Positions 35,829 through 47,800 of a stretch of DNA of 64,000 nt are shown one piece after another. The stretch covers positions 56,668,001 to 56,732,000 of the forward strand of contig NC_083237.1 in the NCBI RefSeq assembly GCF_032191835.1, in the 5' to 3' direction. A model generated the notes under the pieces. That model saw nothing but the letters and a program-made list of their open reading frames with translations. It was not told the DNA's origin and made no database searches. The DNA comes from Heteronotia binoei. Lineage: Eukaryota. Made by a program: the position numbers and the translations under genes. Position 1 is the first letter of the stretch. Each line of letters opens with the position of its first letter.

Positions 35829-38800
35829 ATGGCTCTCTCTGTCCTCACATCTGGCGCTCCCCGACAGCTGTCTTCATACAGTCTTGGAGGTGGTGGTGGA
35901 GGATCTGTCAGATTATCTAGTGGTGTAGGGTTCAGTGGTGGCTCCAGCTTTGTTGGAGGTTATGGTGGAGGATATGGAGGTGGCGTTGGCGGAGGATACG
36001 GAGGTAGCGTTGGTGGAGGATACGGAGGTGGCGTTGGCGGAGGATATGGAGGTGGCCTTGGTGCGGGTCTGGGTAGCAGCTTTGCTGGTGGCTTTGGTGG
36101 TGGCTTTGGAGGGGGAGATGGTGGACTCCTCACTGGTGATGAGAAGCAAACTATGCAGAATCTCAACGACCGCCTTGCCAATTACTTGGGCAAAGTGCAT
36201 GCTCTTGAAGAGGCAAATGCAGAACTTGAACTAAAAATCAAGGAATGGTATGCAAAGTACAGCACTCCTGACACTGATAGAGATTACAGCAAATATTTCA
36301 GAATTATTGAAGATCTTCGGAATCAAGTAAGTAACCTAAATATTGTTTTGCAGAATATCCTGAATTTGATTTCTGATGTCATGATGATGTATAACAGAGC
36401 ACCTATACAGTTTCATAATTAAGTTATACTTTATTCTGCTTTACTGGATAGTTGGTAAGCTTTTCACAGCTCCAGGTAACCATTACTCTCAGAAGTAATA
36501 GGAGTAACACTTCTCACTGCCAAGGCAGACTCCCCTTGGGGCATTTGAAAATTAAGCTTTCTTTAATGACAGTTGTTGGATCTGAATAAAAGAAATTGTC
36601 CATCTCTATACAAGCTTTGCTGCTCACACTCACAATGTGTAATTACATCTGTAAAGCAATTACCTAAATAACTGATAATCATACATCCTTTCTAATGAGA
36701 GGCAGCAAATCCGCATTAAAGCATAAGATTTTAGCAGTTACAATCCATTCCACGTTTGAAGGTTACATTTCTTCAAAATCATTTTGACCAATACAAAGTG
36801 GCAAGGGCGTATTCTTTAACCCAGATCATTGACAGATAGCTGCAATTTTTCTGCTAAGAGACAGATCTGCTTTTTCACATATGCAGCTTACAGAGTCAGA
36901 CCACTAGTTCAAACTGCCCATAACTGGCAGCAGGTCTCCAAGGTCAAAGATCTCAGCTCTGCCATTTGTGTTCCTTTTCACTGGACCCAAGTGTGGTCTT
37001 CTGCATGCAAATTGTGGCATTCTATTCAATATAAGCACACACACATGAAGCTGACATACTGAATCAGACCACTGGTCCATTAAGGTCAGTATAATATATT
37101 CAGACTGGCAGTAGCTCCCCAGAGTCTCAGGGCCAGGTCTTTCACATCACCTACTGCCTGGTCTTTTTACATGGAGATGCTGGAAACTGAATCTGAGACT
37201 TTCTGAATCCCAAGCGGATGCTCTGCCACTGAGCCATGACCCCTCCCCAAGCAGATCCAGTAAATTCTTAATACAATATATAGTCTGTAGAACCATAAAA
37301 TCTGGGCTATAATGGATATTTCTTAATAGGGCTGTCAGATCTAGATATAGTTGGACTGGTTGTACTGTAAGAAGGAAAGGTAAGAAATGAAGGATTTGAA
37401 CAGCACAACCCTTCAACATTATCTTCCGGAATCTCAACCAAGGGGTGTTTTCTGGTCTTCGTTGTGGTAGATTTCCTTCCAAATAGCTACCTCTGTTTCA
37501 ATAGCTACATCACCAAGACTTCTAGCAAATTTAACTGCGAAATCCTATGCAGAGCTACTCCATTCTCAGTCTCTGCCCAACGAAGTCAGTGAAACCAGTC
37601 TCTTACTCCTCCCAAGTTCTCAAGTCTAACAGTAGCTTTTAAAGTATATGTTCTAATTTGGTATAAAATGTCCAGAGTGCCAAATGTTGCGGGTATGGGG
37701 AAGCTATATAAGACACTGGTGTTAAAAATGACATACATATATATATAATGCTACAAAGAAATAAAAAAATCTGAATGAATACACATTGATGGGGATAATA
37801 ATACTATGGTTAGGAATTACTGCAACTATATTTTATATGTTTGACTTACAGATAGCTGCTGCTACTATTGAGAATGCCAGGATTGTCTTGCAAGTCGACA
37901 ACGCTCGCCTGGCTGCTGATGATTTCAAACTTAAGTAAGTACCACATTCCTGGCAAGGGAGAGGAAATGAGGTATGTGCTCATTCAACTCTCCTCCTCCA
38001 ACTTGGCAAGAAGCATAAACCTTACAATGCCCCTTGATTTTAAATGCATGTGATTTGCAATCTATTCTGCCATTATAATTCCTGCATTCACTTTAAAGGT
38101 ATGAAAATGAATTGTTCCTACATCAGAGTGTGGAGAGTGACATCAATGGCTTACGGAGAGTCCTGGATGACTTGACCATGAATAGGTCTGACCTAGAGAT
38201 GCAGATTGAAAGCCTGAATGAGGAGCTCGCCTACCTCAAGAAGAACCATGAAGAGGTAGGAAAACTGTTTTAAAACTGCTTTGCTACTCTTTAGAAAGAT
38301 ATTCTTGCCCAACCTAACAAAAAAGACAAGTTCTCATCACTCACTTGACGCAGGGCAGAGCAGAGCAAAGAGGAAGACAGATGGTGGCAAATCATACACT
38401 GAGATCCCACAAAGGCATTCCACTAGTGACAGGGAAATGCTCTGAAACAAAAAAGAAGCAATCCTTTGTTGGCTCCTGGCACTAGTGGGATCAATACAGA
38501 GGCACACACCCTCCCTCCAAGCACTGAGCTGAACAAGAGACACGTGTTTACTTGCAAAATATTCTTATTATCACAGCAAGGATTTCTCCCATAAGCCCTG
38601 CTCTTTTCTCCATCACTTGTCCACACTGCTAAAGTCTCTAATTTGCCTGCGGTAATCCTTTATTCTGTAGTAGCTTTTCTGGCACTTATTTCTAAAGGAG
38701 GATGCATTAGTAAAGCTCACTTATTTAAAAAAATTTAAACATTTAAAATTTAAACATAAACATAAAAAAATAAAAACACTGAACAGAACCTCTCAAGTAG

Positions 38801-41800
38801 TTTAAAAAGAAACTGCACCGTATTACCAGGAAGTTGCAAAATGCTGCATAAATATTTTGCTGCTCAAAAGCAGTAGAAGATAAACTTGTGCTGAGAAAAG
38901 ATTACCAAGTAGTTGGGGAAAATAGTCTCATTTCTTTTATTTCTCCTAACATAAAATTTCTCTTAATAAAAGAGTAAGAAAAAAATCCGTAGGTCTCTGG
39001 AGAGGTGGCATATAAATTTTCCAAATAAATAAATGATATGATCACAAAAAAAGATTTAATTACCCTATTTCAAATAAAGTCTTATTCTAAAATTATTTAA
39101 AATAATTTAAACATGCTACTTAATTCAACCTATATTTACAACTATAGAAATATTCTATTTAGACTTTTTTAAGAGTTTCAATTTCACCACTTTTCAGAAT
39201 CTTATTTTACAATGTCAAAAGAAAATACCATAACATCATGTGTGTCTGCCATCTGGTGAGCAAATGAGAGAACACAGAGATACTGATACAGAATATGAAT
39301 TCCTCTTCCTCATACTAGGGTTGACAAGTCCAATTCAATAAATATCTGGGGACTTTGGGGGTGGAGCCAGGAGACTTTGGGGGTGGAGCCAGGAGACCTT
39401 AGGGGAGCCAAGATCAAGGCTGTGACAAGCATAATTGAACTCCAAAGGGAGTTCTGGCCATCACATTTAAAGGGATGGCACATCTTCTCAATTCCTTCCT
39501 TCCATAGGAAATAATGAAGGATAGGGGCACCTTCTTTTGGGGCTCATAGAATTGGACCCCCTGGTCCAATCTTTTTGAAACTTGGGGGATATTTTGGGGA
39601 GAGGTACTAGATGCTATACTGAAAATTTGGTGCCTCTACCCCAAAAAACATTCCCCCCAGAGCCCCAGATATCCGCGGATCAATTATTCATGATTTTCTA
39701 TGGGAATAAATCTCCATATGGAATAACAGAATTCCCAGCAGACATTTCCCTCCCCTCCCCCCGCTTTCTGACGATCCTAAAGCGGGGGGGAGGGTCTCCA
39801 AACCGGGGGATCCCCTGCCCCCACCTGGGGATTGGCAACCCTACCTCATACAGCTAATCTACAATTCTTAAATTTAGACAAGTGGAGTTGAGCTGCTATT
39901 GTCCAGAAAATCCCTCTTTCTCATACACCCTCACCCATTCAACTTCTCACAACTTGAGAGAGAAGGCAGATCTCTGTCAAATGCAAAAATATTGCACACA
40001 AGGAACAGTTGAGCGCTGTATGACTGTGTATGTATACAGTTAGCACACAGCACTGATGAATTAATCCTCTCTTCTAAAATATACCACATCAGTTTTATAA
40101 TAGAGGAAACCAAAATGTAGTTCAACCATTTATTTTACAGCCTTTTTAGCCAAGCTTTCACAAAAAGATTCAGTGTGAATAACTGTATGCCCAATTCCTG
40201 TGCTGCTTTAAAATAAAAAAAACCTTTAAAAATCAGAATTACAAAACATATGCACTCTTACACAGGTTGCATTCCTTTCAATGGATCTGATCCAATGGGT
40301 TAGATCAGGCTACCTCAAGATGACACCAACATGGCACCCAGGCCCGTATCTACAAGGGGGCCTGTAGGGGCACAGCCCCCTGACTGAAAGGCAGGGGCCC
40401 CTGACTTGGGACCCCTAACCAGCCTCCAGAGTCTTGGCTGCATCCTTCTCCATTCTTCCGTCATCATACACAGTTGCTTCTGCTTGCTTAGGGGCCGGAA
40501 GAATTCTCTGACCCCACAGCAAGCAGAAACAACGGGGCACTTTCAGTGCCCAGGACTGAAAGTTAAGCTCCGAGTTGCTTCTTCTTCCTTAGGGGCTGGA
40601 AGAAATTGGGGAGGGACGGTGGCTCAGTGGTAGAGCATCTGCTTGGGAAACAGAAGGTCCCAGGTTCAATCCCTGGCATCTCCAAAAAAGGGTCCAGGCA
40701 AATAGATGTGAAAAGCCTCAGCTTGAGACCCTGGAGAGCCGCTGCCAGTCTAAGAAGACAATACTGACTTTGATGGACCAAAGGTCTGATTCAGTATAAG
40801 GCAGCTTCATATGTTCTTTGGGGAGGGACGGTGGCTCAGTGGCAGAGCATCTGCTTGGGAAGCAGAAGGTCCCAGGTTCAATCCCTGGCATCTCCACTAA
40901 AAAAAGGATCCAGGCAAATAGGCGTGAAAAACCTCAGCTTGAGACCCTGGAGAGCCACTGCCAGTCTGAGTAGACAATACAGACTTTGATGGACTAAGGG
41001 TCTGATTCAGTATAAGGCAGCTTCATATGTTCAAATCTCTGACCCCTCAGCAAGCAGAAACAATGGGGCACTTTCAGCGCCCAGGACTGAAAGTTAAGCT
41101 CCACATTGGGCTGATGTTGGGCTAGAGGGCGCCTGCAAGAAGAGGCTGTTCTGGCCCTCAAGTGGGATGGAGGGGGAAGGGGGTGGATGGCTCCATTGCA
41201 GACAGGGCAGGGCAGGGTAGGGTAGGCTGGCGCACACAAGTGGAGGTCCCGGCTGCAGTCCGGGGATGGGGATCAGTGGAGAAATGATGTTCGCCTGCAG
41301 GGGTTTTCTGGCTTGGTCTCGCTGGCTACCCGAGTGAGGGTGGAAGCTGCGCCTGGGCAGCCTTGGTTCGCCCTCTGACAGGAAGAAATCCGAATTGGAG
41401 GTCTTGTAGCCCCAGAAGTCAGTTGCGACTTGGTGGCGCCTTCCATCCCCCCCCCCCTTTGTCCCGCCGGGTTTGCCTAGCTGGATCATGCTGCAGTAAA
41501 AGCAGGAGACCGTGCGGCATGTATCTAAACCTCTGAGTGGCTCCCCACCAGAGCTGCTGGAAGAGGGGTGGAAAGGGATCACCTTGGGGCAGCTGTGGAG
41601 AGGGGGGAGGCTGTATGGCAGTGAGCTGGCAGCTTTCCTCCTCAGCGGTGGTAGGAGAGAAGGCCATGGAGGTTGGGGCCACTATGTGCCCCCTGAAAAA
41701 AATCAGCCCCCCCCCCCAATTCTTCAAATCCTGGCTACAGGGCTGATGGGACATCTTGGTTCTTTGCTAGGTGCTCACTGAACTTTTCAGAAAGTGGGCA

Positions 41801-44800
41801 GAGCATGTAAGCCAGGGCTTGTTATTTGCTGCCCTCATTCAAATGACAGGTTTACCATAAGTGTGTGCTTTCATTCCCCTTCAGTTTTTCCTTCTTCCCA
41901 AGTAGAAGGGGGGATGTATACCATTAGACTCCACCTCCTGCAGAAGCCATTTTGGGTTTGACTCTGCCTCCTGTGGAAGCCATTTTGGGTTGACACTCAC
42001 CATACCCTCTCAAAATTCCAGAGGTGCTCACAGGCTCAACAAAGGGATCCAAGAGTTAGGTCCTACCAGTTATTCCTATTAATCTCACCAATTCGCCTCC
42101 TCACTACAGACACTATCCTGCATAGCTTTTATTCATGCTGGTCCCATAATCAATGGTGGTTGAAAGAAAAACCTTTATGGTGGTTGAAAGAAAAACCTCC
42201 TCCCACTTTTGTCAGCCAAAAAGCAAGTAGGGCCTAACACAACATATCTCTTCTGATAAGTGAGTAATTTTCTTTCACTAGACTCTTCATTTAGCCAGAG
42301 AAAGTCACCGGATCTATCCCAATGGGATTTGCAGATGGAAGATTCCCTGTTCTGGGTGGTTTGTGATTTAATGGATGGTCAAGTACTACAGTAGCCTGTA
42401 ACAGTCATGCTGAAGATCTATTTGGCTTCTTTTTGTGCAGGAACTGAAGAGCTTCCGAGGAATAGCTAGTGGCGATGTCAATGTTGAAATGGATGCTGCA
42501 CCAGGAGTTGACCTGACTAAACTACTGAACGACATGAGATCCCAGTATGAGGCACTGGCAGACAAAAATCGTAGGGAGGCAGAAGAACAGTTCAACAAAC
42601 AGGTGAGGAACTATCTGAACTCAAAACACACAGGAAATGTTCCAGTTAACTAACCCACTAAAATACTTCTTCTGTACTCCTCTCAGGTTGGAGCTCTGAG
42701 GCAAGAAATATCTGCCAATGTGGATCAACTAAGCTCAAGCAAGAGTGAAATCACTGATCTGAAGCGGACTCTGCAGGCGCTGGAACTGGAACTGCAGGCC
42801 CAACTTGCCATGGTAGGTCTAGCATGAAGAATACAACCAAAACAAGGGGAGAAAAGCACAACCTTGTGCTAGAAAGAAGAAGATATTGGAGTTATACCCC
42901 ACCCTTCACTCTGAATCTCAGAGTCTCAGAGTGACTTACAATCTCCTTTACCTTCCTTCCCCATAACAGACACTCTGTGAGGTAGGTGGGGCTGAGAGAG
43001 CTCTCACAGAAGCTGCCCTCTCAAGGACAGCTCGGTGAGAACTATGGCTGACCCAAGGCAGCTGCAAGTGGAGGAGTGGGGGAATCAAACCCAGTTCTCC
43101 CAGATAAGAGTGCACTTAGCCACTACACCAACTGTATAGTGGCACACTTAGCCAAAAGGTAACCAAAATGGTTGGAACAAAGAAAAAAAGTGAAATTTAA
43201 CTATGCACATAATGCAAACGTACAAAATATTGTATATAATTTAATCAAACATTCTGAAGTGCTAGAAAATCATTTAAAAACAACAATCCTGTAATTCAGC
43301 ATATGAGTACCTAATCCCAATATAAAGACAAATGTCCATTTGCATAAATACAGGTTTAAAAGTACATATTGTTTCTATATGCAAGAACAATACCAAACCC
43401 ATTTGGGCACCCGGCCTTCCTCAGTCATATAATTCAAAATGAGCACTCCATTAGTTTAACCAAAACTGATCATACACAAATGGACCTTACTGACGCCAAG
43501 ATGTTCACCTATGGAGTAAGTGGTGTCAAATTTTCTTGTGATACAACATCGGCAACTCATCAAGATATAAAAAAAAAATTTCCTTTGCCCACAGATCTTC
43601 TTAGCGTCAATCTGAAATTCTCAAAGCTCCAATGAAGTGCTCAGCTACAATTAGAAAAAAATCATGATAAAACAGCTTGAGTTATTCCAAACGGCAAAAA
43701 AAACTGTGAAAATTATGCTAGTGTAAGGGATCTAGCAACGTGTTATTTTAGATGGGGGAGGCTAATCACACATCAATTTCCGATTGGATAACTTATTTGG
43801 CATGATAGATTATTTGACAAATAATCCAGTATATGATGGGTTGGCAATATGATTGCTTTTGCAATAATCTACAGTTGCAAGTCTTTTCAGGAGATGATAC
43901 ACCATCTTCCAATGCTCCCTCTAAGCTGTGGAGTCTTGTGAGCAAAACTTCTACTTTGTGAGCTACTGGAAAAGTTGTGAGCGAGCAATTTGGCCACTGT
44001 ATAAATTTGTTGCTCTGGGCCGTCTTTCTTGAGCTAAGACAAAAATGCATAAACTGGAGGTTAAAAAACTGCAAGCTAGCTCACACTAACTCAGTTTAGA
44101 GGGAACACTGTCATTATCTCAAATTGTGTAGGAGACACATTAAAACATTAGCATCAAGTCAGCAGTATCAGCTCATAGTAATGATCACGTAAAATAAATT
44201 GTCATGGCCCAAAGAGGGATGGGAGAGGAAAACAGAGTTAATAATAGAGGAAAAAAGCAGAAGGGAAGAAAGCAAAAAGGGAAACTTAAAAGGCAAACTA
44301 TAACTTTTAATAAAATTGAAATGTGCAATGAAAGCTTTAAAATGGAAAGATTTCATACCATTCATTTAAATTAAGATTTTTATTTTTATTTAAATTTTTT
44401 GCAGAAATGCCTCTTCTGTAGTCACTAACTGGTGTGGGATCCTTTCCTTTTCTCTCCTCCCAACTGTTACATGATAGAAACAATCTCTTGAAGGCTCTCT
44501 GGCAGAAACAGAACGGAATTACTGCGATCAGCTTGCCCAAATACAGGCTCAGATCAGCAGCTTAGAGGAACAGCTACTGCAGCTCCGGTCTGAAATGGAG
44601 AACCAGAATGTAGAATATCAGCAGCTTCTAGGAATCAAAACACGTCTGGAGAGGGAAATTGAAACCTACCGCCGCCTACTGGATGGAGAAGCAAGGTAAG
44701 GAACAGATTTCACACCCAGCTGAGGAATCCTCCAGGGACAGATTCCTCCAGGGACATAACATTTGCTTGCAACAAAGGAGATGTCTGCGCAACATATCTC

Positions 44801-47800
44801 TCATCAGCTGCAAGAAAAATTATAACACAGATTTCTGTTTCTGCTTAACTAAAGCCACTGTGCCAGGCATTAAGTCATACTACTTGTGACCCCTTTCTAT
44901 AGAAGTACAAATAAAGCACAAAGCAAAAAGTGGCCCCTCTAAACCAGCAACCCTAGAAATATTTTTATACTGCCTTTCCACCTGATCAGGGTCCACAAGG
45001 TGGCAAACATTTTAAAAATTAAAACATTTGAGTAATTAAAGACACAGTTAAATTATAAAATAATTAAATTAAATTAAAAATACATAAATAGTGCCCCGTC
45101 CTTCATTATTTCCAAATGGAGGGAAGGCATTTAAAAGGTGTGTGGTCCCTTTAAATGTGATGGCCGGAACTCCCTTCAGAGGTCAACCAGGCTTGTCACA
45201 TCCTTGCTTCTGGCTCCACCCCCCAAGTCTCCTGGCTCCAGCCTCAAAGTCCCCAGATATTTTTTGAGTTGGATCTGGCAACCCTACTTCAGATAATGGG
45301 GACAACTGAAGCAGGGCTTCCTGACCCTACACTGATAGAGTCTGCCCTTGTGGCCTTGATTGATATCCTTTCATACTCTGCAGGAATGCATATTTTTTGA
45401 GGTTATGAGGGGTTAGGATTACTATATTAAACCTTTACTCAACCAATCATCTTCCCATACTCCAGAAACCCTGACTCTTCTGTTCAATTATCAGGATTCT
45501 AAGATCACTCTAGCAATTCCAAATTTGTCTCAGTCCTTTTAGTTCTCAAGGTTTGTGAATCAATAAGCTTCTAAGGTACGGTTGCCAAGTCCAATTCAAG
45601 AAATATCTGGGGACTTTGGGGGTGGAGCCAGGAGACTTTGGGGTGGAGCCAGGAAACATTGGGGCGGAGCCAGGAGCAAGGGTGTGACAAGCATAATTGA
45701 ACTCCAAGGGAGTTCTGGCCATCACATTTAAAGGGACAGCACACCTTTTAGAATGCCTTCCTTCCATAGAAAATAATGAAGGATAGGGGCACCTTCTTTT
45801 GGGGCTCATAGAATTGGATCCGCTGGTCCAATCCTTTTGAAACTTAGGAGGTATTTTGGGGAGAGGCACTAGATGCTATACTGAAAATTTGGCACCTCTA
45901 CCTCAAAAAACAGCCTTCCTAGAGCCCCTGACACCCGCGGATCAATTCCCCATCATTCCCTATGGGAATCGTTCCTGGAGGTGCATAATGGCTGTGGGGG
46001 TGGAGCTTCCCCCGCCGGCCAGCTGGCTGGGGGAGGGGGGAAGCCTGTAAAACCAGGGGATCCCCCGCTGGGACCTGGGGATTGGGAAGCTATTCTAAGG
46101 GTACAAAAGGAAAAGGAAGCAGGGCCTCCAAACATGACCAGAGTGTACCGGTAGGTTAATATGGGAGGAGTTGGTTCTTCAAGAATGTTGGCCTAAACTG
46201 TATAGAGCTTTAAAGGTCAGTACCAGCACATTCAATTGAGCCTAGAAGCAAATTGGAATCAGAGTAGATGGGGAAAGACTGGAGGGATATGGTCTCTGCA
46301 ACCCACTCCAGTCAACACTGGCTGCAGAACTCTGTACCAACTGTAGCTTCCGGACACTCAGCGGCCCCATGTGATGTGCATTGCAGTATTTGAATCTAGA
46401 GGTTAACAGGCCATGCACCATAGTGGAAGATCTTTTCTGCCCAGGAAGGGTCGCAGCTGTCTCACCACCCAAAGTTGGTGAAAGGAGTCTCTGGTCCAGG
46501 AACACCCCCAATCTATAAATCTGCTTTTAGGGGGAGTGCAACTCCATCCAGAACTGGGGATGACCCATTTCCTGGGTCAGACCTCCCCACACCAGTAGCA
46601 CCTCCATTTTTTGGGATTAAATTTCAACTTGTTAGCCCTCAAGGCATCTGTTCAGTTTCCACAGTCCGCCCCCCTCGGGGATCTGCTCCTAGCATGAGAA
46701 AGAGCTGAGTGTCATCTGCATATTGATATAAATTCAGCCCAGATCTCTGGATGATCTCTCAGTGGCTTTGCACAGTTGATGAGATGCATTAACATCACAC
46801 AGATGTCACCCAATAGTCAGATCTATGTCTCAAAACAAATTATGGAGCTTGCTAGATCTCAAGGCAAAATCCACATCCATATTCGTTTGTTTGTTCATTT
46901 GTTCGTTCATTTGTTTGTTTGTTCGTTCATTCATTCATTCATATGGGAATACACTCTTCATTTAGTTACTCTGCAAAGGTGGGAACAACTCTACATATCT
47001 GCAAGATCCAGGATTTTAGATCAGCTCCTTTCAAACTTCTTACATTGGTAGAGAAGCAACACACTAAGGGGAGATAATGACTGCACCTACTAACCTGCCA
47101 CCCAAAGTATGGTCTACACAAAGCACTATGCATATTCATAGCATGTACAGATTGGTCTCTGTGCAGACCTTCAGATTAGCATATAGACAGACTCTGAGAA
47201 GGATTTCAAATCAACATATGGATATCAGGAGCAATCAGACGCAAATCTCATTATCAAATTGCATCAATATACTCATTCTACAATTGCTTTCTTAAAAACA
47301 AAGGATAGCACTACCTATTTTGAAACTATCTGAGTGGTATTTTTTTTTCTAACAGTACTTTTGGATCAGTCGGTTCCGGATCTGTAAGCTATGGTTCTAC
47401 GGTTTCGGGAGGCTCTGGCAAAGGTAATTGTATATACTATCTACAGAGAACATTTCGGCAGATTGCTTCATATCACTGTTGAAACTCAACATCCACCCAT
47501 ATCACCTCCCTGCTCAGTGAAGCACAGGCACACACACCACAGTGTCTAGCCTGCAGACTGCTGCTTTTGTCCATTTCCCTCTAATGCACACCCTGCCACT
47601 CATAGTCCTGGGTGCAGCATGGTACTTTCCTATTTTCCCTTTTTGGTGCAATTTTTCCTCCAACTCAGTGGGCCAGACTAGATGTTACAGTGGGCAAAGG
47701 TTTGAACCCATGGCCACTGACACCACTTTAGAGAAGATTCTGGGCATTTAAAAAAAATGCAACAAGGCACACACAGGGCCGGCCCTAGACTTCCTGGCAC

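Noticed and set aside
41094-41781. Several 70-162 aa ORFs on both strands
   Set aside because: Expected in GC-rich transposon interior; no recognisable domain.
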